Position numbers and translations under genes: made by a program
Assembly: GCA_009914755.4 (NCBI GenBank)
Contig: CP068257.2
Span: forward strand, 43,168,001-43,232,000
DNA from: the human T2T-CHM13v2.0 reference genome, Homo sapiens
DNA length: 64,000 bases
Direction: 5' to 3'
Part shown: one piece after another, positions 52,226-64,000 of the stretch
Numbering within the stretch: the first letter of the stretch is position 1
Layout of the letters: each line of letters starts with the position of its first letter
The notes under the pieces: generated by a model
Database searches by the model: none
What the model was told of the DNA's origin: nothing
Seen by the model: only the letters and a program-made list of their open reading frames with translations

Positions 52226-52358
52226 CGCACACACGTGTGCATTATGTAGGCTATAAGCCGCGGTCCATGTAGGCACACACGTGTGCATTATGTAGGCTAT
52301 AAACTGCGGTCCATGCAGGCACACATGTGTGCATTATGTAGGCTATAAAGTCCATGCA
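52226..52358. repeat. 46-bp tandem repeat x3, each starting with a palindromic E-box core CACAC(G/A)TGTG
   Basis: Copy 1 is gcacacacgtgtgcattatgtaggctataagccgcggtccatgtag. Copy 2 is identical apart from 3 substitutions. Copy 3 has CATGTG and a 5-bp deletion. Confidence 0.9.
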
Positions 52359-52924
52359 GAGAGAGACTTCAGATGTGTGCACTTCATGAGAAGCTACATG
52401 CCATTAAAAACACCTCCAGAACAGGTGTTCCAAAGGGCAAGGCTCCCCAGGTCCAGGAGCTGTGTCTTCAGAGTGGTCATTAAGAGAAGTTCCATGGAAG
52501 GGATGAGTTCACAAACACACATGCATCACACACAGTACACACATCACACATGAAGGTGCACACACACCACCACCACCCCCTGCCAGACATCCCACACTAC
52601 AACCACCACCACCACACAAACTTTTGAATTCTCTAGGGCCTCAACACCAGCAACAAGTTGTTTCAGATGGAGGCTGATAGATTTTGAAATGGAAATCAAT
52701 TAGAAGAGTGGTAAGTAAGACGTAAGTTGCAGAGGGATCCAAGATGCAAATAAACAAAAAGAATCATCAAAACACCTTAAGAAAATATTGCTTCTTTACA
52801 AAGTTTAGGAACCCTATGTATTACCCCAAAACCTGAAGCCTAAAAGATTAATAAATTCAACTACATAATAATGAGTTCTAGGTTACAAAACACACCACAA
52901 ACTGATTTAAAAGGCAAACTACGG

Positions 52925-53215
52925 GGCTGGGCGCAGTGGCTCACGCCTGTAATCCCAGCACTTTGGGAGGCTGAGGTGGGCAGATCATGAGGTCAGGAGA
53001 TCGAGACCATCCTGGCTAACACAGTGAAACCCCGTCTCTACTAAAAAATACAAGAAATTAGCCGGACGTGGTGGCGGGCACCTGTAGTCCCAGCTACTCA
53101 GGAGGCTGAGGCAGGAGAATGGCGTGAACCTGGGAGGCGGAGCTTGCAGTGAGCCAAGATAGTGCCATTGCACTCCAGCCCGTCTCAAAAATAAATAAAT
53201 AAATAAATAAAGGCA
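52925..53215 (+). mobile_element. Alu (full length) ending in (AAAT)n
   Basis: It reads GGCTGGGCGCAGTGGCTCACGCCTGTAATCCCAGCACTTTGGGAGGCTGAGGTGGGCAGATCATGAGGTCAGGAGATCGAGACCATCC...CAAAAATAAATAAATAAATAAATAAA. Confidence 0.9.
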
Positions 53216-53619
53216 AACTAGAAAACAACTTGAATCTCACAAGAGCTGATTTCCTTAATTTAAAAACGCCTCCAAAATCAAATATACAAAGATACGCACA
53301 CAAAAAAAGAGGGCTGTGTCTACGCAAGCAGGGATTCTTAAGCTGGGAAAACTGGAGATTCTAGGGGAATTCACAGGTGAGTTTCAGGGGTGACACATGA
53401 ACAAAACATACTGAGCAGAGAAGTCAAACACGTTGCCTTCAAACTCACCCTTTTCCCCACACCTTCTGTAACGTGGTGAGATAGAGCTCAGTGCTGGGGC
53501 TGACCACCTTGAAGGAGGTCCTCCAGGTTCCCCAGGGCTGCTTTCCCGGTCAGCAGATCACCCCTGGCTTCCCAACCTCTCCCTGGGAGTCACAGAGCTA
53601 CTGGCAGCACATTTTCTAG

Positions 53620-53942
<323 letters not shown>

Positions 53943-54002
53943 ATACTACTATTTTCAAAGAAGCATCGATTTTGCAAGCAGCAAATGAAAACAATGACTT
54001 AC

Positions 54003-54111
54003 CCCAACAAACTCCCCAGCGTGCAGAGCTCAATTTACAAAGGGAAGCCGGTGGCAAGACGCTTGTAACTGGGTAGTCCAGACAAGCCTTGTTAGTGTTG
54101 CACCAAAGACA
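54003..54111 (-). CDS. PTTG1IP: PTTG1IP coding exon 3 (PSI-like Cys-rich ectodomain: CLWCNTNKACLDYPVTSVLPPASLCKLSSARWGVCW + g), 109 nt
   Basis: It lies within ORF 53914..54135(-). The acceptor is tctctttcag|TGT. The donor is TGGG|gtaagt (plus strand 53997-54002 'acttac'). Confidence 0.9.
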
Positions 54112-55078
54112 CTGAAAGAGACCAACATTAAGCAAGCATTAGAAACAACAGAAAAACCAAAGAACTGTCCAGGCTCTGCCCACAGCCCGCCAGTGCTGCC
54201 ATCGCTCTGTGGATGGCTGTAAAGGCTCAACCTCCCCCCCAACGCCTCATCTCTGCCTTCACCCTCAGCGCCCTTCGGTCCACACCCAGCACAGCGGCCA
54301 GCAGCCCTGTCAGCTCTCCACGGACTCATCCAAGGCCCGCGTCACTCAGGCCTCTTCCACAACTCACCCTGCTGAGGCCACGGGGCCTCTGTGTTGGCAG
54401 CCTCCTGAGTGCTGCCAACCCCACCTCATGCTCTCAGCCTCAGCTCAGCCTGCCGGTTCTGCCTGGAGCACTCTCCCCACATCTGTGTGGCTCCCCACTG
54501 ACTGGATGGGCCCTGCCTCGATCAACAGACTGGACACAACCAGCCGCCTCCACCCCCTCCTCCTCACCTCCTGTGAGGTTTGCTTCCGTAGACCTCTCCT
54601 CCCCACACGCCGGGCACCTGTGCACTTCACTGGCTGAAGTCTCCCAAGAACACAGGACACAGCCTGGCCCATCACAGGCACTCACTGAGTTTGTGTTGAA
54701 TGGACTTGGGTGAGCATGGTCACCATCTGTAGCAAGGACCATGCTTCCTACCTCTGACCTTCACAACTGCACTAAGTCGCACAGCTTGAAAGATGATGCA
54801 ACTACGGCTCAGCCCGCCCTAAACTGACAGCTGGAGAGAACCTCATAGACGCTCTTGTCTGAGCCCCTTGAATGTCAGGTGTGAGGCCGCAGTGGTGTGG
54901 AGACAACACCATCACACCCGTGTGTGTGTGTGTAAGAGCCCAGAGCTGGGCCCAGCCCATGCCACAGCAGTACACAACGAGGCCCGAAAGCGGTCTGTGA
55001 GCCAGGCACTGAGCGTGACAGGGGACAGCCTAGCACGCAGGCAGATGGCACAGGAAGGGGTGAAAGAACTGCTGTTCG

Positions 55079-55526
<448 letters not shown>

Positions 55527-55892
55527 CTATTACAAAAAAATATTAATTACAATGTCCCCTGGGCCTTCTTTCCCAGGGCTACTTATACAGTGACCACCTT
55601 AGTGTCGTGTTTAAGTGGTTTCCAGCATAATGTAACAATTAACAGTTAAACCCTGTTTATTCTGGTCATTTGGGAGTATCTTCCATTTCAGGGGTTTTGC
55701 TTGCAATTAACGATTTTTGGCTAATCCTCCCTTTTCAAGTGGCTCAAGTTGTAAATGTCTGATTTTCCATTTTTCCATGACAGTGGTACCATGAGCCACA
55801 GGACTGCACTGGGAGGATACGGTGTTCTCTGGTGGTTGTGCTGCTTTTCTGATCGATGAAGTAATATGCACATAGCAAGCAGCTCAGGCAGC

Positions 55893-56110
55893 AGCACAGA
55901 CACACAGCCCGCCACGGCCTCAGCAGCACAGAGACACAGCCCACCACAGCCTCAGCAGCAGAGACACAGCCCACCACGGCCTCAGCAGCAGAGACACAGC
56001 CCACCACGGCCTCAGCAGCAGAGACACAGCCCACCACGGCCTCAGCAGCAGACACACAGCCCGCCACGGCCTCAGCAGCAGACACACAGCCCGCCACGGC
56101 CTCAGGAGCG
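55893..56110. repeat. 30-bp minisatellite x ~7 (AGACACAGCCCACCACGGCCTCAGCAGCAG) in PTTG1IP intron 2
   Basis: It has a strict 30-bp period and explains the PQQQRHSPPR artefact ORFs at 55866..56129(+) and on the opposite strand. Confidence 0.92.
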
Positions 56111-56669
56111 TGGACACAGCCCACCATAGCCACTGCTCCAACACGCAGGGTCCTCTTGAGACCTCCCAGGCACTGACACCTCCTTCCAGAAACCTCCTGT
56201 GTGCCCAAGAGCACACCCACACACGCCTGGAGCTACTGTAGGGCAAGCGGCCCTCTTCACCGCCCTGTCTGGGTTCAGAACTGGAGTCAGGCCTTCAGCC
56301 CTTCTGGACTGGCCCCATCCACAATGACCTGGGCAAGTCCCTCAGCCGCCTCATCCACGAGATGGCTGTCATCACCACACCCTGCCCAGGGTGGTGAGGG
56401 TTACACAGGGTACTATGGCAAAAACGCACTCTAGGCTACAAAGCCGCATACAATAGTGAGCTATGTTTAAAGCTGAAATGACTTCCAATAGAAAAATCCA
56501 GAGACTAAAAAGAAGCACCATCTAGAAAATGCACCAGGACCAGGCGCATTAGAGCAAGTTCAACATCACCAATGTCAAGATCTGAAACCACAGAAACAGC
56601 GTCTTTCAATTTTTAATCAGCAAATGCAAGTATCCACTTAAGTCTCACAAACTGACAGGGTGTGTCTCG

Positions 56670-56863
56670 AACCTACGCTACGGTCTCGTGGAGGAAGAAG
56701 AGTTTTTAAGAACATGGCTCATGCCTTAGAATAGAAATCATCGAATACATCTTTCCCGGCCTCCTCAAACCTACGCTACGGTCTCGTGGAGGAAGAAGAG
56801 TTTTTAAGAACATGGCTCATGCCTTAGAATAGAAATCATCGAATACATCTTTCCCGGCCTCCT
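56670..56863. repeat. Perfect or near-perfect 97-bp tandem duplication (2 copies)
   Basis: The block 'aacctacgctacggtctcgtggaggaagaagagtttttaagaacatggctcatgccttagaatagaaatcatcgaatacatctttcccggcctcctca' occurs twice back-to-back. Confidence 0.92.
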
Positions 56864-57056
56864 CATATCATGAAACCTCATTGCCGGGGAAAGGAAGCCT
56901 CTGGCCCTGCAGTTCTCAAAACCTGGTAAACTCCTGACTGGAAGGGGCAAGGGGTGGGCGAGATCAGGAATCCTAAGAAAAAGGCCCCACAGGATGCTGT
57001 TTTCTGCCTAACCACTTCCCACTGCCGTGGGCCTTCCCTCAGGTTTCCCGTGCTGA

Positions 57057-57500
<444 letters not shown>

Positions 57501-58197
57501 TGTTCACACGTCTTTAACAAGACCTGCACTGTGATGCTGCTTCCCCACCACGGGTGCTCCTTCTTCCAGGTGGGCATCTGCATCAGTCTCCATCGGGAAG
57601 GCACCCCGGGGAGTCTCGGGCCCCACCTCATGCCGTGGAGGCTTAGGGAACTTTGCTCCAGACCGCTACCCTCTTGTTGAAGGTCACACAGGTAGTTAAA
57701 ATCCAAACCTGAGCCCCAGGTCACGACCAGAGAGTGCTATGGACAGCCTGGCCCACCGGCCCAGAGGGCTGGTGCCTCTCTCTCCTTGCTGTGCCCCTTC
57801 CAATCCTGTGTGAGCAGCTCAGAAAGCAGTCTCTGCTGCAGCCCGACAGCCTGGGAAAACACGGGCTCACAACCTGAGGGTGTAGCTTTGCGGACAGCCA
57901 AATTTCTCGCTATGGGCCTCGTTAGGAAGGCTGGCCACGCAGTGCTGGCCCCATCTGCATAAGAGTGAAATCATGGATACTGACCATGCTCAGACAGTAA
58001 CTGCAGTTTTCATGAGAAGGTTTAATATACCTGAAATGGCTAAAATAACATTTGATAACGATTCCAAAAAACATCCCCCCAAATCCCAAACAACAGAGCC
58101 CTCCACACATCCCAGCGAATCCCTGGACCTAGAGAAAGCCCGTGTGCCTTTGGACGGTCTGGACGGCACTCTGGTCTCTAGTCCACGTGCTACTTAC

Positions 58198-58250
58198 GGA
58201 GACGTTCTTCAGGCACTCTTCACAGGTTTTGTTTGTGTTCTGAGAACAAG
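58198..58250 (-). CDS. PTTG1IP: PTTG1IP coding exon 2 (g-CT = Ala, then CSQNTNKTCEECLKNVS), 53 nt
   Basis: The reverse complement reads CT TGT TCT CAG AAC ACA AAC AAA ACC TGT GAA GAG TGC CTG AAG AAC GTC TCC. The acceptor is tttcctgcag and the donor is gtaagt. It is too short for the ORF track. Exon 1 (signal peptide) is not in the window. Confidence 0.88.
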
Positions 58251-58984
58251 CTGCAGGAAAGAGGCAAGAGACAAGTCAGTCACTGAGAATCAGGCAGTGT
58301 AAACATTAGTCCAGCAGGGCAGGGTGGGCACCAGTGAGGGGTGTGGCACCAAGAACCTCTGATGTGGAATTACCAAATGAAGGTCCTCTTCCTGAGCCCC
58401 TGCTGATAACAAGCCTTCTTCAAGACATGTGGAACGAGTGTTCAGGAATCCCGCTGCAGGCAGGGCACAAAGAGTATAAACATGCGGCTCCTATCCACAA
58501 GGGCTCTTCTGGGAGAGAAGAGTGCCAACACAGAAGGCTGTGTTTCAGATCTATCTGTGAGAGGAAGTGTGCCCTGTGGCTGTGTAATCACTAACCACAA
58601 ACCTGCTGGGACCTTCTGCTCATCAGCAGGCACTCTTTTGGGAACCCAAGAGCCTCCATCCGAGGCCACAGCAACGCCAGCGACACTGCCATGCAGCACA
58701 CTTGTGTCTTCGGACTCACCTACAGATCTCATGTGACAAAGCAAGGTCTTAGTCCCCTGGTAGCCTCACTCCAGACTGGGCTATGCTCCCTGTACCAACC
58801 TGTACCAAGGGAGAGGCCCGGCACACCAGCCTGCTCCAACCACGCAGAACACCCTGAGACTCTGCCCACTACTCAAAGCGCTGCTACTAAGGAAGGGGTC
58901 AAACTCCACGCAGCCAACAGCTCTGGAACTCAAGCCAGTCAGAAGCAAGAGCGACTGCATGAGTAACTTCCAACATGCAACCAA

Positions 58985-59172
58985 GCTGACTGCCTACTCC
59001 CCCAATCCTGTAACACACACACACACACACACAGCCTACTCCCCCAATCCCATAACACACACACACACACGCAGACTGCCTACTCCCCCAATCCCGTAAC
59101 ACACACACAGACTGCCTACTCCCCCAATCCCATAACACACACACACACACACAGACTGCCTACTCCAATCCC

Positions 59173-59209
<37 letters not shown>

Positions 59210-59443
59210 ACTGCCTACTCCAATCCCATAACACACACACACACACACACACACAGACTGCCTACTCCCCCAATCCCATAACACACACACACACACACGC
59301 AGACTGCCTACTCCCCCAATCCCGTAACACACACGCAGACTGCCTACTCCCCCAATCCCGTAACACACACACAGACTGCCTACTCCCCCAATCCCGTAAC
59401 ACACACACACACACACACACAGACTGCCTACTCCAATCCCATA

Positions 59444-59470
<27 letters not shown>
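58985..59470. repeat. Compound repeat array: (CA)n tracts alternating with a ~30-bp unit (GACTGCCTACTCCCCCAATCCCRTAACA), ~10 copies, in PTTG1IP intron 1
   Basis: The unit recurs with (ca)4-(ca)20 spacers. It explains the Cys/Val-rich artefact ORFs 58899..59558(-). Confidence 0.9.
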
Positions 59471-59474
<4 letters not shown>

Positions 59475-61527
59475 GTGCACGCTGAAAAGAGCTCTGTGCT
59501 CATCACCAGTCACCAGACAAAGGCAAATTAAAACTCCAAATGACAGATGACTACACACCTACCAGAATGGCTAAAATTAAAGAGAATGACAATACCAAAT
59601 GTTGGCAAGGATGTACAGCAACAGAACTCTCACACAGTGTTGGTGGAAGTGTAAATGGCTCAACCATTTGCAAAGAAGGTCTGGCAGCTGCTCCTAAACA
59701 AACATGCGACCACCTATGACTCAGCAATTCCACTCTTAGTATTTCATCCAGGAGAGAAGGCGCCTGCATCCACAGATGGACCTGCGCAGGAAGGCTCCGT
59801 GACAGCCCCAAGCTGAACACAGCCCAGATGTCACTCTGTAGGAGGGTGGACAGACAGACTGGAACACTCACACGATACCAGCAGGGCATCAAGAATAGCA
59901 AACATGCGGCTCTCGTATCAAGGGATCTTCTGGAAAAGGCATTCCAAACACAAAAGGCTGTTTTACGTGTCTCTCCTTTGGAGGTGAGCTAGGCGGCTGT
60001 GCAATCACTAACACTGTTCAGCGATAAAAAGAAACGAACTGCTCTATGTAAAACATGGATGAGTCTGAAGCACATCATGTGAGCGAAAGACGCCTTCCAC
60101 AAAAGACCCTACCGTGTAATTTCGTGGCTATGCCGCTCTAGAAAAGGTGAGACTCACGTATGGAGGGAGGGGGGCAATGGCTGCCTGGGGGACGGCCATG
60201 CGTGGGGGAGGCTGAATCTTCCAGATCGAGGGTCTGTCTCGGTCGCGGCTATGTGGGTGTAACTCACTGAACAGCACAATTAAGTTTCCCACATATTCCC
60301 GTATGAAAAATGTATCTCAAAAGAAAAAACAAGACAACTGCTGAACTCTGGTCCCTGACAGGCATGGTGAAGGCAGGAGAGCACGCTCATGTCTGTGACT
60401 GACGCTCACGTCTGTGACTGACATTCACGCAGGCGTGGAAGGCTGTGGGGGACACCTGGACAAATGCAACACAGCAAAGCATGGCGACACGGCTGAAGTG
60501 GCGGGTATACAAGCGCGCACCACAAAATCCTGCAGCTTTGCTGTCCATGTGAGGAGCTTCATGATGAAATGGAGGGAAAAGAGCTTCAGCTTTAACTTAC
60601 AATTTCACTCATTACGTTTACCAAAAGGGACAAATAATACATCGAGTACATTGTTGTGATCCTTCTATTTAACAGTGTAGTTCTACACTCCACTTTTCTA
60701 AATAAATCTCCACTTTATTTGAAACGAAAGCACATTTTGTCACATATTCTATAGCAATTATCACTAAGTAGTACTTTTCTCAGAGTCTCTAGCGATGTGC
60801 TATTCGGTTTATGGAGAAGTTTCTTTTAAGCCACTTTAGATACTTGAAACAACAGGCTGTATTCAGCCCCAGGGAGGCAAAGAAAATTGACAACCAGTGA
60901 AAAGCCTTAATTTCTTAAATCACTGCTGAGAGACAGGGTTACAGGAAACTTTGATAAGAACAGCACTGCTGACGTTCCCAAGTCCCCAGCTACTTGGCAC
61001 TGTGGGAGGAAGGAGCAACTGTGGGCTGATGGTGGGCAAAGACCCCCGTGGTGCTGCAATGTGACGGGCACCATGATGAACTCTTGGTTTTAAAATTCAA
61101 CTCCTAGCTCTGTCTGCTGAAAGGGCCTAGAAAGGACAACACCCAGCAGCAGAGGTGTATTCTTGGTGCCCAGGTCGTGGTTTCTACGTGCTGTTCCCCA
61201 TCAGCCGGAAGCAGGGCTCCTCGGAGAAATGGCTGATTCCAGAAGTGGGGCAGGAAGTGAACACATGAGCCACAGACAGTGTGCAGTGCCCGAGAGTGGC
61301 ACAGACATGAACGAATGGCAAGAGGACCCAGAAGCCAGCCTGGAGGGAGTCTTTCTGGCCATATCTGGGCCAAGTGAACATCAAAATAAATGATAACAGT
61401 CATGAACTCTAACCCCTAGAAGCCACACTGACATGAAATAAAGAGAAGGCCGAGTGGCAAATGCTGAAGAAATGATGAGTTGAGAAGCCTCCATTTTACA
61501 ATCATCACAGCCAACACTAATGCAGGC

Positions 61528-61627
61528 AAGAATTCCCCAAAGATGCCAAGTCCACTGGGTCTGCCCCCGAAGATGCCAAGTCCACTGGGTCTGCCCCCGA
61601 AGATGCCAAGACCACTGAGTCTGCCTG
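61528..61627. repeat. 34-bp tandem repeat x3 (CCCCGAAGATGCCAAGTCCACTGGGTCTGCC)
   Basis: There are three adjacent copies, and the third carries 2 substitutions. It underlies ORFs 61381..61680(-) and 61416..61673(-). Confidence 0.9.
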
Positions 61628-62246
61628 TGGACTGACAAGATAGTCTCAAAGCACCTCCCCACAGGTGAGTCATTACTCATGGAGAGGAGGTGGCACTTCC
61701 AAGAGATCAGTTATCTCCACCATAACCCAGAACAACATGATGATGGGACAAAGTGACAGCATGTGCCTCCCACGGAGGATACTGAGAGGACAGAATCACT
61801 GTGCCGTGCTCCTGCCAAAGCGCACCTGAATCGAATCAAAGGAAACACCCGGTAAGACCCACTGAGGGTCCTTCCACAAATTGGCTTTCTCAAGACAAAG
61901 AGGAACTATTCTAGATCAATGGAGATTAAAGAGACACAACAATTAAATTCAACTTGTGATCCTGGATTTCAGGGGGTAGGGGAACAGGACATTGTTGGGG
62001 TAACTGTTTAAATTTGTATATGGATTGTAAGTTAAATCAGGTATTCAATGTTACATGTCCAGATTTTGATAATTATATAAATTTCAGTTATGAAGAAGAA
62101 CAGCCTCCTTCTTAGGAGATAGACTCTGAAGAATGTAGAGATAAAGGGTCACAATAGTAACTTACTCTCAAATGGTTTGGTCAAAATAACAACAGGCAAC
62201 ACAATTATGATTGTCAATTTACAATACATTTTTAAAATATAAGTAG

Positions 62247-62360
62247 AGATAGAGTCTTGCTATGTCACCCAGGCTGGTCTTGAACTCCTGGCCTCCGGCA
62301 ATCCTCCCACCTCGGCCTCCAAAAGTGCTGGGATTACAGGTGTGAGCAACTGTGCCCAGC
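62247..62360 (-). mobile_element. Alu fragment (antisense, left-arm portion)
   Basis: It reads GAGATAGAGTCTTGCTATGTCACCCAGGCTGGTCTTGAACTCCTGGCCTCCGGCAATCCTCCCACCTCGGCCTCCAAAAGTGCTGGGATTACAGGTGTGAGCAACTGTGCCCAGC. Confidence 0.75.
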
Positions 62361-62754
62361 TGAATCAATTTTTAAAAATAAATAAAACACAAACAATTGT
62401 ATTATAAATTTAAAAAATAAGGAGATCTAGAGAGTGCTAAGGCAAACAGAGCCAATGTTGAGAATGGAAGGGCATCCAGGACTTCACTGCACTATTCCTT
62501 CAACTTTCTGCGCCTCTGAGGTCTTTCTAAATACAATCTGGGCAAGGAGACAGGGTATGCCCAACACACCCACTCGAGTCCTTCCTGAAAAGTCATCCAT
62601 GAGGAAGGGTGCGTGTGCTTCCTCTCCTCAGCCCAACAGTGGCTACAAGTGACAGGGGATTTTCATTTTTAAAGCTTCTTTCTGATAACTAGGTCTTGTG
62701 TGAACTAAAAGAACTGAGCTCCAAAACACACACCGTCAACTCCATCTATCCCCA

Positions 62755-62823
62755 GACCTCTGGATTACCGGTCAGTCTGAGTCAGACCGAGACCTCTGGA
62801 TTACCGGTCAGTCTGAGTCAGCG
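62755..62823. repeat. ~34-bp direct duplication (GACCTCTGGATTACCGGTCAGTCTGAGTCAG)
   Basis: There are two adjacent copies. Confidence 0.85.
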
Positions 62824-62999
62824 GAGAGGCATGAGAGGAAGAGGGAGAGTAAAACCGCCCAACATTCCTCCTGCTCCCAGCAGGCCAAGAACAGAGCGGG
62901 CTTTCAATAAGGGGGAAAACACCAATGTTTACAGTCCTCATGAAAATAACATCAAAGATGAAAAAAGGTCATTCTATTCTATCCTTTGAAAACATATCA

Positions 63000-63314
<315 letters not shown>

Positions 63315-64000
63315 TCATTTGTTACTGCTTCAAAGACAAGCAGTGTTTATTTCTCTAAGTGATCACTATCTCTTATCTCATCACAAGATACAGAAAAAAC
63401 ATGTGCTAGAAAACCAGAGATAAAAACTGCCCTTGTGTTGCTTAAGTCTAACACTGAATGTGACTGCCCTGACTTCTGGGTCCTATGACTGCAAGGCTTC
63501 AACTTAGACTCCATTTATCAATTTTTAAAGACCTTTCAGTCTCATTTGTTTCCGAAATTAAAGGAAAAAACAACAACAACAAATAACGTTTTCTTCTGTC
63601 AGGATACACCAACCCTCCATGACCCATTTGAGTGCTTTCCTGAAGTTTCAGGTGAGTCAATAAACACACTAAGGACAAAGGAACACACCAGCAAGTGTAC
63701 GTATTTCCTTGTCATGCTCCTGTCACACCGCAGGCCACAGGCTGCAGTCTCCATGCTCATCAGCAGAACGAGCAGCCAAACGGGCATGGTGCCCACTCTG
63801 CACTGTGACAGAGGCATGGAGAACAACTACATTGTCAATTCCAGGTGAGAAAAGAGGGCAGATATGGAGACAAAAAAATGTTCTTGGAAACTCCACTATT
63901 TCAAAAGAAAGAGTTGAAGACTAGGAGTATGTATCAACACTGTGAACCCTATGTACACTGTAGCACTCTGTACAGTTAGAAAGCCACGTTTCTCAGGGTG

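Overview
This window is human (hominid) nuclear DNA, inferred from the dense primate-specific Alu content plus a hominid-specific SVA. It matches the chr21q22.3 SUMO3–PTTG1IP interval, and both genes lie on the minus strand. I identified SUMO3 by translating its exons directly: exon 1 gives MSEEKPK, exon 2 gives [43 protein letters not shown], and exon 3 gives [24 protein letters not shown]. Exon 1 sits in a ~1.7 kb CpG island at roughly 9.8-11.5 kb. SUMO3 exon 4 lies outside the window, before coordinate 1. PTTG1IP (PBF) is represented by exons 2-6 (CSQNTNKTCEECLKNVS; CLWCNTNKACLDYPVTSVLPPASLCKLSSARWGVCW; NFEALIITMSVVGGTLLLGIAICCCCCC...RQEE; RAEMKTRHDEIRKKYG; LFKEENPYARFENN-stop). It has a ~2 kb 3'UTR ending near an AATAAA signal at about 42.45 kb. 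Its exon 1 and promoter lie beyond the window end. Every exon boundary I report has a canonical AG acceptor and GT donor, and the codon phases are consistent. About 30 kb of intergenic DNA separates the two genes. That DNA and the introns are filled with roughly 30 Alu copies, several ancient L1 5'/ORF1 fragments, an ERVK-type solo LTR, and one full-length SVA with target-site duplications. There are also numerous GC-rich minisatellites. I found no rRNA, tRNA, CRISPR array or prokaryotic-style operon. The six-frame ORF track translates alternative start codons (GTG/TTG/CTG) as M, and nearly all the long ORFs are artefacts of Alu sequence, CpG-island GC bias or minisatellite periodicity. I do not see a novel 'system' here. 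The most interesting items are: a triplicated 42-bp repeat that copies the SUMO3 exon-3 splice acceptor; the SVA with a putative 5' transduction; G4/i-motif-prone VNTRs; a coding (TGC)6 tract in PTTG1IP; and a palindromic E-box tandem repeat in PTTG1IP intron 3.
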